A stretch of DNA of 61,330 nucleotides, filler included, from Dugesia japonica (GCA_001938525.1; 4 parts of 4 records of this genome joined end to end with filler, not necessarily neighbours in it), one strand, 5' to 3'. Positions 37,301-52,769 are shown, counted from the whole stretch's first letter. The notes: a model not told the origin generated them from the letters alone. A program made the numbers and translations.

Positions 37301-38144
37301 AGGATCACTTCTTGAAGGATAGGCTTCAAAAATCAATCCGATATCGAAACAGCATTCAAAGATTTCCTTGACTCTAGAAATCCAGATTTTTTACAAATGG
37401 GAATCAATAAACTTTTATCATGTTGGCAAAAATGCATAGATTCCAATGAACTTAGTATTGGACTTAGTTATGACAGTTAAAATTTTAGTCTTGAAATCCG
37501 CTATTACTTTCCGAATGGCCAAATACATATTTTCAAATTTTAATACAGAATTTCCAAAATGAAAAATAAATTTAATTAAAATTTTTGATAATCAATTTAT
37601 TGGAATAATTATTGAACTCAACCATTGATCTTAGTTTTAAATTTTTAATAAAAATTGATCTACTAACACTTTGTTTTTAGTAAGACAGTTTTAAAATTTT
37701 AAATCAGTATTAATTGTTAACTGAGAATTGAAAAAATCAAACCAAAAATAAAAACAGCTTGATTAACAAAAAAATTCTCAGTCTTATAAAATTTTTCTAC
37801 GGCTAGCAATTAATAATTTCTACTTAAAAAATCTTGAAATTTTAACGAAATTTTTCAGAAAATGAAATATTGATCAATTACACCGGAGAAAATATTTTAA
37901 AAGTGAAATGAAATCAATGATCAATAAAAAACAGAATAAATTAATTTACGAAACGAAAAATAGTTTTTGAATAGAGATATAATTATCTACCGATGATGAC
38001 ATTTGCAAAAAATTCCAATACAAAATTTATGACTTATCAAAATTAATCAAATTACATAATCAAATAACTATAAATTAGAAACAAGAATAAATATTTTTTA
38101 TATTCCAAATGTAAGTGAGAAAATATAAGTTCATTGTATCACAA

Positions 38145-38210
<66 letters not shown>

Positions 38211-38260
38211 NNNNNNNNNNNNNNNNNNNNNNNNNNNNNNNNNNNNNNNNNNNNNNNNNN

Positions 38261-38308
<48 letters not shown>

Positions 38309-41300
38309 TAGTTTTTCAATTAAATTGATTCGAAAATATTAATTTTTGACATATAATCAGCTAAAATTTCTTCAATAATTTGTTTTGAGTCTGGGCATTT
38401 TATCATTTATTCTTGAACAACTAAAAGTTTTCATGAATGTCGAATTTTGCCAAAAATAAGCTTCTTGTGAAAACAATCTTATTTTCTGGAAACTCCAGCA
38501 ATAATTAAAATTTATTAGAAAAAAAATATAAGTCCTGGTCTTATTTTTAGTTTTGAATGCTTTTTTATGTGATTTTAAAAAAACCGAAAATAAGACGGAT
38601 CTTATTGTGAGGAACACGCATTTACGCAGAATAATATCATTTCAAAATTTATTATATTTAAAAAATGAAAATATATTTAATTTTATTGAATGGATACAAA
38701 AAAATCTTCATATGAATTATCATTTAACTAGATTTTATATCACTTTTTCTTCATCATACAATATTCTTGCAAGCTTTTAAAATCATTTTTGTTTAAATAT
38801 ACTTTTATACTATATTATTCGTTTATTATTAAAAAATCTAAATTATATTTTACAATTACTGCTAGAATAATTGTTGGACTTAAGTTTTTTAATTTATTGT
38901 AACCAATCAAGTAATCAATAAATCTTTTCTGATGAACTATACATTAATATTAATACAAATTTATTTAGATAAGGCAATGAATAACTGGAACTTTATTTAT
39001 ATTGATATGGTGCATAAGTTAACGAACTTAACCATTGATTGTATTTCTAAAGTTTCAATTAATTTAAAAGCTTACATCAAAATGATTTGGTTAGAAATCC
39101 GATTTTTTGAAAATAGTCTTTTTTCTAAAATTCCTTCGAAAATTCGAATTTTTAACAAAAAAATCATCATTTTTATATAAGGTTTATATTTGGTTACTGC
39201 ATAATTTCGTAGCGCTTCACTGACAACTTTAACAAGTCAGTGAAATTTTTATTAAAAATTATAACATTTTAACAAATTAATTAGTTATGTATTTCCTGTC
39301 GTTTTCTACAACGTTCCCCCAACTTATCTATACCATTTATCCAAAAATTGTCCGGTCTAGACTCGAAAAAGTTAGTAAACCATTTTACTCCGCGTATATT
39401 GTTGGATAACGAGAGGAAAAGATAAAATTCAGTCCGGATAATACGGTGGATGCTGGAGAACCTCCCTACTGAGAACTTGAAGAGTGTCTTTGATGATTTT
39501 ACCGTGTGAGGTACCGCGTTGATGAAGAGCAAAATCACTTATCCTTGTCAACTGGGAATAGTTTTCTGGATAGCATCCTTCACTCGGTACAGCTGAGCTA
39601 AGTAAAAATTCTTGTCGATCGTCTTATTCTTCTCAACCATTTCCAGTTGATGAGATCCTCATAGTCCCATCAAACTCAGATCATTGTTTTTTTTTATGGA
39701 AATCTGGGTTTTTCTTTGTCTCAGTTTACATAGAAACAACCTGCTCATCATACTTGACGATTATATACATGAAATGCACCTTATGATTGCGTGTGGATCG
39801 ATGGCGGGCAAAATGCTGAGCTACGATCGTAAGCGGATATTTTTATTTTTCTCACTGAGTGTATAAGGTACACAAGCACCCAGTTTTTAGGTAAACTCCA
39901 TTGATTAAAGATATCAAGAGATTGTTTTAAAGTTCAGTTGATATTTTCAACTAATTCTCCTCCAAAAGTTATTTGAGACGCTCATCATCAAACACGGAGT
40001 ACATGATTGAAAATGTTGAAAATGCGATTTTTGAATTTGAAATACCATTTCCGGGCGATAGCATTATCTCCATACACGACGCTGATATTCCAAAATGCTT
40101 TAGTGACGTTTTGGCAGCTATGATATAACAAAATATGTTGGGAATGCTCGTTTTTTTTAGAATGGAAACTCCATTTAAAAGGTGTAAAATCAGAAAATAG
40201 GGTATTGCGGTATTTCTAGTTACGATAAAGACAAAGATGACAGCAAAACGGATAATCGCAACAATGTTTGTACAAAGAAAAGTATAATCACTATTTTCAT
40301 TTTCACTATTTAAAAGGTTCAAAATCTGAAAAATATTTGTTTTTAATTTGCATAAAGATTACCTGTGTTTTGTAAATACCGCCCCACTATATATCGCCAC
40401 CTGCCCTACCGGAAAAATATTTCTTTAGTTTTTGATAACATACTTTATTTTGCATATATTTTTATTTTATATGCCACCATCAATTATTTTTACATAACAT
40501 ACAAAAAATAAATTTAATACCAATTCCGTTAAAATTTTTAATTAAATTATAATTGATTTATTGATCGCAGATAAGTGAAAATTGATATTTTAATTTTATC
40601 AAAGNNNNNNNNNNNNNNNNNNNNNNNNNNNNNNNNNNNNNNNATTTGATTCAAATGGCGTACAATCTAATCTTAATCGGTTTTGAATAAATAATAATGT
40701 AACTAGTTTGTGTTTTTTTTGTTTCTAAAAAACTTGTATTTTCATGTACATTCGATATTAGTTTTGGTTGAAACGCAAACAATTATACTCAAATTTATAT
40801 CCATTTTAATTAACAATACCTTACGACACAAAGTGGATATGTTCTAAAATCACAATTTTACGCAGCTCGATGTATTGCGATATTATTCGTCAAAATGTAT
40901 AATTTATGATGATTTTTATATTTTTATGAAATTTGTTTTTTGGAAGAATTATTTNNNNNNNNNNNNNNTTTTTTGTTTGTTTTAATACGGATTCAACAAA
41001 TATTAATGGTTTAAAACAACAAAATAAAACTTGCTATTATCTGTCGGTCAGCTTACCGAAAAAACCATGTTGGCATAAATTAAATATACCTCTGCTACCG
41101 CCAAAAAAAAGAAAATTTTTAATGTGGCGGTATAAAGGTGTTTTACTATGTATAAAGATATTTTTGAAAAATAACTACTAGATCGAAGGATAAAGATTTT
41201 ACAGAAACGCTAAGAAATTATGCAACAACTAATTAATTATTTGAAACGTTAAAATAAATCGGCCAATTAACAAATAAGTCTTTTCTGATTGACTACATTT

Positions 41301-43292
41301 TAATATTAATACAAATAAAACTATAATAAATAATAGCTGGAGCTCAATTTGCTGCAATTACTTGATGAAAAATCTACAATGTGACATTAATGACTTATCT
41401 GTAAATTTATAATCATTGTTCCGTAAGTAAACATTTATTCGTGTAGCAAATCAATACACGTAATTTTTTCAGAGNATTATTTAAATGATTATACGATTAA
41501 ACACATATTTTAATAAATTATGTGAAAATAGAAACAATCAATCGAGATATTATTCAAAATTTGTAAAATAAAATTATAAATTATGACAAATAATTTATTT
41601 CCAATATTAAAAATTTCTGAAAATTATTAAAAAATAATTATTGATTAATTATTAATTAATTATTAATTAAATAATTATTAATTATTGACTATAATTAATG
41701 ATTTAAAATAATTAAATTAATTTAATAATTAAAATTATTAAATTAATTAATAATTAAATTAAATTATTAAAATTATAAATTATGACAAATAATTTATTTC
41801 CAATATTAAAAATTTCTGAAAATTATTAAAAACAGAATAAAATAGCTGATAGATAGGAGTAAATTATGTAATAAGATATACAAATAATTAATGATTTAAA
41901 ATAATTAAATTTATTTAATAATTAAAATTATTAAATTAATTAATTATTAAATTAAATTATTAAAATTAAAATATTTTAATTAAAAATAATTAAAATAATG
42001 TAGCTAAACTAAAATAAATAAATTTAAAATAATTAAAGTAAATTTTAATAATTAAATAAAATAGCAATTTAATTAAAATAATGTAATTAAAAATAATTGA
42101 ATAAAAATTAATAAATTAAAATATTTAAATAAAAATTAATTAAAATAAATAAATTAAATATAATTTAATTAAAATTAATTAATTAAATAAATCAAATAAT
42201 TACATTAAAAATAATTTAATTAAAATAAATAAGGTAAATTAATTAAATTAGAATAATTAAACTAAATTCATTGAATTAAGAATAATTAAATTAAAAATAA
42301 TTTAATTAAAATACTAAATTAGAAATAAATAAAATTAATTAATTTAATTTAATTAATTGAATCAAAAAAATTCATTTAAATTAAGATTAAACTTAAATTA
42401 TTAAATTAAAATAATTAAATGAAATTAATAATATTACAATGTAAAAATTATTAAATTTAAAATAAGTTTATTGAAATAATTAAATTAAAATTAATTTAAT
42501 TTAATAATTAAAAATTAATTTAAATAAAAATAAATAAAAATAAATAAATTTAAAATAATTAAATTAATTAAGATAAATAAATTAGAAATAAACAAAATAA
42601 ATTAATTAAATTAAATTATAATAATCAAATTAAATACTTAAAATTGTTATTTTGAAATAAAATTACCTCAGCTTTAACAGCTTTAAAATAGGATAATTCG
42701 ATGGATGTGATTTGACCCTGAACATAATTGAAAGTTAAAATTGAATAAATAAAAAATCATTCAATCATACTGCAATCATGTAAGGATCCCATTTCCGAAA
42801 ATCGATATTAATCTGATCGTGCGTACGTCCTTCAGAATCAAATTCGGCTTCAAAAGAAACTTGAGAAATTCTTTTTAATTTGTTGGTATTATTATTTCCA
42901 CATATACGATTTTTAATTTCCGAGTCGGTGGTGGACAAATTCAAATCTTCACACACATTACTTTGACTACGAGGTTTGGGTTCAAGCATGATTTGCTTAT
43001 CAATTGAACTTTTATTGTCGAAATTCAATGCTAATGTGCCAGCAGACCCACAGCTTCCCCACAATCTTGAATGACCAGCTTTTGTACTACTTTTAATTGA
43101 TTTTATTTGATCCAAATGTTTCGTATTTATGGGACTCGATGTTCCGGTGGATTGAATGATCATTGCTTCAGATTTCTGTATATTTAATTTTACTTCTGGA
43201 GGTTTTGTGCCGACATTTTCTGATACGGGTTGTTTAGAAAGTGGGAAATTGTTCTTTTCTTTTACTTTTAAATTACTAACGACAGATTCCAT
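33517..43292 (-). CDS. RALGPS: RalGPS-type CDC25/RasGEF gene, 5' part (exons 43292-42771, 42717-42667, 35064-34891, 33736-33517)
   Basis: GT-AG exons splice in frame to GQITSIELSYFKAVKAEEF...APAIVASTRWFNQLNFW...NNLSSGMAVMSALQ...IHRLKHTW...KDKTTF...NY..LREHI...PCIPYLG. CDC25 domain without a preceding REM domain, as in RalGPS. Truncated at a gap. Confidence 0.88.
36402..37523 (+). mobile_element. Mariner element, decayed, in RasGEF intron
   Basis: TIRs TTAGGTCATTCGGAAAGTAAT / ATTACTTTCCGAATGGCCAAA flanked by TA; DRIIICDEKW, TVWWS and LLHDNARSH remnants. Confidence 0.9.
39190..40190 (-). mobile_element. Mariner element remnant
   Basis: ILLFINAVPH (HDNA.PH-derived), FYLFLSL, FFESRPDNFWINGIDKL; helix-turn-helix region remnants near 40000. 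Confidence 0.75.
41560..42650. repeat. Nearly pure A/T low-complexity intronic tract
   Basis: AATT/TAAA-rich, with an internal duplication (about 41570-41630 / 41770-41830). Confidence 0.85.
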
Positions 43293-43448
43293 CGAACTCT
43301 GAATTTAATGTGTTACTAATATATTGTTTCAAGAATCTGTCGAAAATGATTTTACACCAGCAATAATATTTTGTTGATTAAAATTTAGTATTATTAACTT
43401 TGTGAGGACAGAATTTAAAGTATTTTACTAAACAAATGTTTATTTATA

Positions 43449-43785
43449 CTGTCTTTTACCGTAAAAAAAGACACTGTCTTACATTCTTGTTAGACCAAAA
43501 TACGGGCTAGGGCTTATTATCGGGGGGTGTCTTATTTTTCAAGTGTTTCAAGATATATTCGTTTAATATTTATTTATATATAAGAATTTCACATTTATTA
43601 CTTTTATTTTAGCTAACATTTGTACATTTTAGGTAAATTTAAATTTATTCGAATACAGTCATGTCATTTTTTTTGGATAATTATATATTTTTCACATTAT
43701 TTTAACTAGGGCTTATTTTTGGGAGGGCTTATATTCCGAAAAATCCTGAAAATTCACACTAGGGCTTATTTTCGGAAAAAGACGG
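43449..43785. mobile_element. pogo/Tigger-type MITE
   Basis: TA|CTGTCTTTTACCGTAAA...TTTCGGAAAAAGACGG|TA with internal AGGGCTTATT repeats. Confidence 0.7.
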
Positions 43786-44158
43786 TACAGATTATTAACA
43801 AATAAATATAAACCTCTAAACACGTGTTACCAGCCTAGAATCTGTATAAAAAATATATCCGCAGAATAAGCAACACATATTGCAGTATGGTTCTTACCAG
43901 AAACAAATGGGCATTTAAGAAATTGATTTTACAAATGAACCTAAGCAAGATTTGTAATGAATTGAAAGATTCGTTTTATTATGATATTATAACTGGGTTT
44001 TCGAAATTCTCACATAAAATATTTTATATTTGAACCATAAGAAATTATATTTTATAATTTATACGATATTAAAGATAAAATAATCATTTAGCAATTTTAT
44101 TTTTTTTATGAAAAACATAAAGCAGTTTTACGCATTAAAGTAATAATTTTAATATTTA

Positions 44159-45668
44159 TTACGTTGCTACGAAAAGAACGTCGTTCAAGCAACTCATGTC
44201 GAAATTATATTTATTTATTAAAATAAATAATATTTTAAAAACTTAAATAAAATTGGTGTAATCCAAATTCTAATTCCATTAATTATTTTAAATAAATACA
44301 TAGGATTGTTCTCTTCGTGTATTTAAGTCGTGACATAATAGCTTATATCAACTTTAAATAATCTATATTGTGTATAATAGTATCACATTTCTTTAGAATT
44401 TGGAAAATAAGGACTGCACCTAACAAATTATATTTATGGTTTTGATATCTTTATTTTAATATTAATTGATAAGTCTCTACTGTTATTGATGAATTCAAAA
44501 ATGGAAAAAATGCAATGGCTTGCGATTTATCTGTACGAGTTGTATAGGCCACTCGTAATGTTAAAACATGCAACAACTGGACAAGGTACAAAAATTTGAA
44601 AAATGTGTACAGAATAATTTAAATGAGAAAAAACATCGACGTTTTTAAGTGTGCTCATACCTTCTTTTACGGAATATGAATGATTAATTACTCCATTACA
44701 TTGTAACATGCGATGAAAAACCAAGATCTAAAACACTTTCCAAAATCACAACTTAATCAAAAGACGATTATGGCCACCGTTTGGTGGTATCTTGGAGGCA
44801 TTATTCATTATGACTTTCTGACTAGTAGAAACAATTAAAACAAGTTAAGTATTGCCCGAAAATCAATAAGAAGCAGCAAAAAATGAGAAAACTTCGCCCG
44901 ACATTGGTGAGCAGTATTGGTCCTATTATTTTTCATGGCAATGCCCGGCCACATATTGAACAAATGACGATAAGGNNNNNNNNNNNNNNNNNNNNNNNNN
45001 NNNNNNNNNNNNNNNNNNNNNNNNNCTTCTTTTACGGAATATGAATGATTAATTACTCCATTACATTGTAACATGCGATGAAAAACCAAGATCTAAAACA
45101 CTTTCCAAAATCACAACTTAATCAAAAGACGATTATGGCCACCGTTTGGTGGTATCTTGGAGGCATTATTCATTATGACTTTCTGACTAGTAGAAACAAT
45201 TAAAACAAGTTAANNNNNNNNNNNNNNNNNNNNNNNNNNNNNNNNNNNNNNNNNNNNNNNNNNNNNNNNNNNNNNNNNNNNNNNNNNNNNNNNNNNNNNN
45301 NNNNNNNNNCCGGCCACATATTGAACAAATGACGATAAGGAAGTTACATGCATACGGGAACGAAATTTTACAGCACCTACCATAGTTACTGAACCTCTCA
45401 CCTACCAATTATCATGCTTTTAAAGATATTGGGATTTTTTATAAGGTAAAATTTTTAACAACTAATATGATACTGAAAATGTGTTCCAACAATTTCTTGA
45501 ATCCAGAACACCTGAATTCTATACTACCGAGATAATTCAACTTCTTTCCCGTTCGCAAGCATGTGTCCTTTGCAATTGGTGTTCTTTTTAAAAGTTAATA
45601 TTATTTGGATGACTTATTTGAGTTTAAAAACAAAGGTTGAAAACAGAATTATTTTCTTACCAACGGAA
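44159..45668 (+). mobile_element. Mariner element, decayed, with gaps
   Basis: Imperfect TIRs TTACGTTGCTACGAAAA / TTTTCTTACCAACGGAA flanked by TA; IVTCDEK, TVWW..GIIHY, FHGNARPH and HLP.VTEP remnants. Confidence 0.8.
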
Positions 45669-47979
45669 TATTTATATTTTTCTTGATATTTATATTAATT
45701 AATTTTAGTAAGATAATAGTCGTTGATTTTTCATAACTTTAATTATCCCAAAAGAACTAATTAGTTGAAAATAACTACAAAAATTGATACTTTATAAATA
45801 GGCTTTACGGCGAGGAAGACCATAAAATTGAAATTTTCCAACAATTTTTAAAAGGGAACTTCAATTTCAACCTTTTTTAGCTGAATATAATTTAAATAAA
45901 GAAACTAGTTAAATGGAAAATAGTTACTCAAAACTAATGTTGTATCCAGTCAGTATTACCTATCACAAAAATGACGTATTGCAGGCGATTCGGGCTAAAT
46001 TTTATGAAGTATTAACAAAAATTTATAAACGTTTAATAGCTCCTAGTAATTTTATTTAAAAATAAATATGTCGGTTCAACTAATACTTTCGTAGCACGGT
46101 ATCTTACAACACTATTTCACTGTAACACGATAAGAATTATTTCGGAAATTATGATGAAATTGTTTACAACCGTTCACAAATAAAAATATGCAAGAACTTT
46201 ATATTTTAATATTTATAATATGATTTCACAAAACGTGGATTATTTCTAGAATCTGTTTACCATGTTTAGAAGGATTTTGTCAATTATAAACCTTAATTTT
46301 TTTACAATTGCAATTATTGCGAGAATAATTGTTGGACGTAACCATTGATCGTTTTTCCGAATACATTAAAATATAAGCTTCAATCCATTTTTTTTATTTT
46401 GATGATTCTAATTTTCGACTGTTGAATATTCAATTCCTGGCGAAGACTAAGTCGGAACTTCAAATCATTGTCAAAAACAAAAAAAAATTGATCGAAGTTT
46501 ATGTTTTATAAACTGGGGTGTGCCCAAACTGAACCCGTCACCTTAACCCGAAAAAAATGACCGTTTTTTTAGCCGCGGGTACCGCATTTTTAAAATTAAC
46601 CCACACGAGGGGGTTAGATTAAAATTTTAATAAAAACACCTATAAATTAATATTTCTGTTTAATGCTAGTAATTAGTTTTTTAAATGCCTTAGTAGGTAA
46701 TTATAGTTGTTTTTTGAATTTCGGATTTAAATTCTACAGATTAGTTTTGCCTAACTCCATTAGGCATAGAGAAAAAAAATTAGAGAGTAAATAGAAATAT
46801 TATTAATACTTGAAATGTATAGTTTGATCTTGAAAGCGTAAGGCATTCAAACTGGAAGTTTATTGTAGTTTTAATTGAACAAAAAATATAGACTAATGTT
46901 TAATATTCGAAAATTGCTTGTATCCAATAAATATAATTTCTAAATTGCCTTTAAATTTTAAAATACTTCATGGGGTAGTATCTTTTACCCAAATCTATTT
47001 GTATTGCATTATTGTATACATATCTAAATAAATTTATCATTTGAAAAAAAAGACAGTTTTAAAGAAAGTCTCACTAAAATTTATTGATTTTTACAAAACG
47101 TCCCTTTTAATCGATTCTGAAATTCTTTACAATATGCTGGGTTGGATTTTAAGAAACAAAGAATTGTGTTTGGTATTGAAAAATTACATATCAATATCAA
47201 ACCGGAACCCGAATTTTTTTAAACTTGGCCCGCACTTCTGGCTACAGCCTGCTTTAAAACACCCCAGATTATAAACATTTAGCCCGTAAATAATCAAACA
47301 AAATGAGCTTATAAAATTTCCACTTATTTTAATGTAATTATCAATTATTTAAGTTAAATAAACGAAAATATTATAATTAGATCATCTAAAACGAATGTTA
47401 TCTTATATTTAAATTCCTATGTTTGTAAGTATGTGAATTTATCTGTAACGCTCGAATTATAAAGGTTATATAATAATTTTTTAAAGAGTGCATACAAATT
47501 ATAGAATTTAATTGAAACTTTAAGTGACCATTAATTTCATGAAAACTTTAATTTATATAAAAATTGATGTAATTATTAAACACTTTTGCAGATATGACAA
47601 AGTAAAAATGTCTTAGTTACTCACAAAAATAAATTAAATTTAATGTGACCGTTATTTTTATTAAAAATATGAAATTTTAAAAGTTTTGGATCGAATTATT
47701 AAAAAATTATGAAAGTGTAACCGTAAAAATGTTTTTAAATAAAACTTACCATTGAGTAAAAAATAAACTGCACCAATGAAAAATTGTAAACCAACATCAT
47801 TTTTAAGTAAAATAAACGTTAGCATTTGTTAAAAAAAAATTTAGTAACTCGCAGATTAATTAAAAATTTAATCGTTGCAAGTAGAGATATTTCCAAAAAT
47901 GTCACATCAAAACTAAAATAAGTCCAAAAGTACCGCATGATATTCGTAACGCTTATTTTTATTAAAATAAATAAAACTT

Positions 47980-48460
47980 AATATTTTTCAGGCTCTGGAA
48001 TCATTCATCAACTTTAATTCTAAGCGTTTTTATCAGGACAAAAAACATTTCGAAGAATATGAATATTTTCCTGTTAAAACAGAATCTAATATAAATTATC
48101 CCAGTTTTCCACAAGTTTTTCCAACCGCGATTTCAACTGAATATCAAGTACAAGATTTTGCTGGATTTTCTATAAGAATTGTAAAGATATTCGATAAATC
48201 ATGTTCTTGCAATTATCCAAAAGAATTTAGTATTCCGTGTATAAGATATGAAGTGTTCTTTTATTTAGAAACTACTCTCCGAAAACTTTTGTGGTGAAAT
48301 GCGCCTAATTAGTAATATAAAGCAAATTTATCAGGAGTCTTTATATTTGTTTGATATTTCAAATCTTGAAAGAACAGAAACGCTTGAACCCTTAAATGAA
48401 ATTCCCTGCGGCAAACCAAAGAATAAAAGAAAAACCAAAGTTCAACGGAATTCATAAAAT
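47980..48460 (+). mobile_element. MULE/Mutator transposase 3' remnant (SWIM finger)
   Basis: SCSCNYPKEFSIPC, followed by basic GKPKNKRK. Confidence 0.5.
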
Positions 48461-49242
48461 CTGCAATTAAATACGGAAATTGTGGACAAAATAGGTATAA
48501 AAGAAGATCTTGTCAAATTATTTATTAATAATTAATTAATTTAATTTATTTAATAATTAATTAATTAATTTTTAACCCTTAAAAATAGAAAAGAAATTTA
48601 TAAAAAATAACATGTATTTAAAATAACATAAATTATATCTATAAAAAAACACAANNNNNNNNNNNNNNNNNNNNNNNNNNNNNNNNNNNNNNNNNNNNTT
48701 AATTAATTAANNNNNNNNNNNNNNNNNNNNNNNNNNNNNNNNNNNNNNNNNNNNTATATATATATATATATATATATAATTTTTTGCCCGGGGGGGTGTC
48801 TTCAATAAAAACCAATGCGAGCAATGCGCGGCTATCTACCTACTATAGCGGTTTACAATAAAAGAAGCAAACATTACATATGAAATGTTTATTTACATGT
48901 ATTTGTATTATACAAAATATATGTTTAATTGACAAAAAGTCTTGTTTATTTTTTCTTTTTAATAATACTAAGAAACAAAATTACTCTATTTAAATAAACT
49001 TGTTATAATTTTATATTATTTATTTAGTTTGGTGAACATGTCATGAACATAAATTTGGCATGACGCTAGCATGCATTTTACATTACTACCTCAAATTACA
49101 TGGTTACTATGTAAATAAACTCTATATTACATGGTGACTATGTAGATAATACACTCATAAACCAATTGTAGTTAAAAATATCTATTTAATTATACGTTTT
49201 TTATATAAGTAATTCAAGAAAAAAACCACATTATTAAGTATT

Positions 49243-52002
49243 TGTTAGGTAAGTCTTCAATTGGTAATTGATTATTCAAATCAGAACTAATATTTTTAGA
49301 CATTATATATTTTTCTACTTCAACTCTAAATTTAATAAGAGAAATGATAATTGAATAGTAGCTTAAAAATCTTTATCCGGAATTAACTCAATTTCTATTG
49401 GCTCAATATTATTAAATAATAATTATTTCCTCATATCCCCGTTTTTAAAGAAACTTTCTAAGTTTTTCCACATTTCTTTCTAATCGCTGTCCATTTTCTC
49501 CTTGTACCGCATACCGTCTTTCGTGAATTTTCTTAATTATTTGATAGTGTCCTTCAAATCTGTTTTGACTTTTATTTCTGGTTTCTTCCTTGACGAGTAC
49601 TTTGAATTCTCTATTTGTATTCCCATCTGAAGTGTTTTCTTTAGTTCTATCTGAAACCTCTGAATCATACCACTTTTCTCTGCTAATTTTCTTTCCAAAT
49701 AAAATCTCAGCCGGGCTCTTTCCAGTCGTCTTCGGTTTTGTTGCGTTCATTGTAAATTAAATTTCTGGTAAAAGATCTACCCAATCTGTTGACTTTCTTT
49801 GCCGAAAGTTTGCATTAATCAAATCTCGAATTGTCCTGAACTGTCTTTCAATTTGTCCGTTAGCATTATGATGATATGGACTCAAAAATCAAAGTTTTAT
49901 ATCTAGCTCCTGTGAAAACTCTTTCATAACTCTGGATTCACACGCTTTCCTACAATCTTATCTCATCTCTCTTGACCATCCAAATCTCAATATCCGTTTT
50001 TCAAAAATAGCTTTTCGTATTGTTTTCTCGTTTGGTCTAGGCAATGCTATAAGAACCATATATTTACAGTACTGGTCAATTATTCCAAGAATGTATTTTT
50101 TTCGTCCACTTGTTTTCCGCATATGACTTCAAACAAATTGGTAGCTTCTAATTTCTTTGTCTTTTCCTTAGTTGCTATTGTCACTACTTTGTTCTTCTGA
50201 CAAATTCGACAACTACGAACTTTCTTATGTATTTGTCTCCCAAATTTTGCTTCAATATTATAAATGTAATTTTCTACTTTTTCATTCGTTTTACTGTTAA
50301 CCTTTTGCATAAGCTGATATCCAAATATCTTCTGCATATTTATTCCTCCTGTCACTCTTTCAGCAACTAAAAAAGTAATCTCTTTGCAAGCCTCATCAAT
50401 TATCACTCCAATTTTAACTTTTCCAACAACTTCAAGTGTACTATTATTTGCACGACGCAATCTTTCATCACTCATTTCTAAATTTACTTCTCGTAATTTA
50501 TTAAAAAAACTCAAACTCATCACGTTAATTCTAGCCCCTGTGTCTAATAGACATTCTACTTTATTTCCTTGAATTGATACCGTACGCTTGGTCTGCCTTG
50601 CAATTTATGGTACGAAATATTTGTTTTCTTTTCTGCTTCAATTGTTCCAACCCATTCAACTGTTCTATCATCTGCAAAATTTTTCATCTTTAAGAATCTG
50701 TATACTTTTTCTGTAACTTAAGCGATATAATCTCTTTTTTCGCCTCCTTGAGGATAACTACTTACTTGATTGAACAATAATGGCTCCAACGAACTCCTCT
50801 ACTGGTAGAGCGCTGCGTTTTGGGCACTGCATTTCAGAATCACTTTCATACACTTCCTCATATTCATCGTTCGTATTAACATCTTCATCTTCAATCGTGT
50901 GTACTCGATAATATGGGTTTTTTGATCTTTCTGCAGCCATAAATTTCTCACTTGTTCTTTTCATTTTTAAATTTTTGTAGCACTCTTTCGCTATATGTTC
51001 ACCATTAACCCATCGTTTACACCTCACTTTTTGACATAACCGTCTAATATGACCAACTTTCTGACAACCAAAACATTTTGTTGATTTTTTATTTGGACAA
51101 ACTCGACTTATATTTCCTGTTTTTTGTCAAGTCTAACAATCTACCACTTTTTTTGTTTGACAATTTGCTTTAGTATGACCGATCTTATGACATAACCAAC
51201 ATTCGATATTTTTTTCCTTCTTTTGATCCACATGTCTTTTCATGGTATGATTTACAGGTTTCTGATAATCTTAACGTGTGATTCTCGCGTAACTTCTAAC
51301 TGCATTGACTTGATCTCTGGTTTTCTGTACTCGATCTACTAACGTTAATGTTTCTTCAATTTCTTCTATATTCTCTCGTTTTTGCAAAGTCACTTCTTCT
51401 TCCACTTTTTTGTTATCTGAACAAGCATCTTTGCTACCATTTGTTCCTCAGTAAAATCTTTATTTGTAAAAAGTTGTTTTACTAAATCTTTTAAACTTGA
51501 ATCTCTTCATTTTTAAGCCTGTATTTAATCAAATTTTGAAAGTCTTTGATAGCATCTTTCTGTTTCTCAAATTCCATACGTAAACGAGCCTAAAAACGTT
51601 CAACTTTTTTAAACGTCTTTATAATTCTTCCAACAAATCTTAATCTAACAAACAAGAGACTAATCTCTCCTGTTGTTTCACATGGATGAGGTTTTAAGCT
51701 TCAAAATACAATTCATATCGCTTGATAAATTTCTCAATATCATCTCCTCTGCAGAACACTTTTAGCGATAACCTCTCTGTAATAAAATCGGTATTTACCG
51801 CTGCTACTATGTTAGGTAAGTATTCAATTGGTAATGGATTATTTAAATCAGATCTAATATTTTTAGACATTATTTATTTTTCTACTTCAACTCTAAATTT
51901 AATAAGAGAAATGATAATTGAATAGTAGATTAAAAATCTTTATCCAGAATTAACTCAATTTCTATTGGCTCAAAATTATTAAATAATAATTATTTCCTCA
52001 TA
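49243..52002 (-). mobile_element. Internally deleted Gypsy LTR retrotransposon (LTRs 49243-49435 and 51810-52002)
   Basis: Two ~193-bp LTRs; PBS-like TAGTAGCAGCGGT (tRNA-Leu-like); polypurine tract AAAAACGGGGA; gag with four CCHC-like knuckles, protease LLDTGA, integrase IERQFRT; RT/RNase H absent; flanks GTATT/GTTTT. Confidence 0.9.
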
Positions 52003-52769
52003 GTTTTATTGGTCGTTAAATGTTTTAAAAGAAATGAATAGTTATTATTAATTTTTATTTAAATTATTGGTTGTATTTTTTTAAAAATGATATGATTTGT
52101 TATTTAAATATTCATGAATATGACGCGAGCATGTTGTGTGCATATACTAATAAACCCTAGAATGCAGGTTTACTATGTAATAATACACGCATAATCCTTA
52201 TAATGCATGGTTGCTATGTAAATAATACAAAGTAACTATGCAAATAATATATTCATAAACCTTATATACTCATTAACCCTATAAACTCAAAAAGATATTT
52301 TCTTATAAGTTTTTTTATATAGACTTTTTAGTTATATATTGAAGGGTTCCGTGAATTTATGATTATTTTGAAAAAATTTCTATCTTTTTATAATTTTATT
52401 CTCAAAAATGTTCTTAACTAATATATTTTTTTAGGAAAATTGCATGACAAATATGTTTTTATTAAAAATTGCAACAACAATGATATTTTGTATTAAAAAT
52501 TGAAACACCAATGAGACTTTTTATTAATAATTGCATCGACAAGGAGATTTTCTATAGATAATTGCATCACTAATATGTTTTTTTTATAGAAACATTACAT
52601 GACTAATATGTTTTTTATAGAAAAATTACTTAGCTATATGTTTTTTTGTATGAAAAAAGTTTTTTATTTTTATCATCTTGTAAATAAAAGTTTTAATTTG
52701 AATATTTTATCATGTAAATATCAAAAAGACTCCCCTATTTGAAGTTTTTTGATAGATGTATTTTAATAA

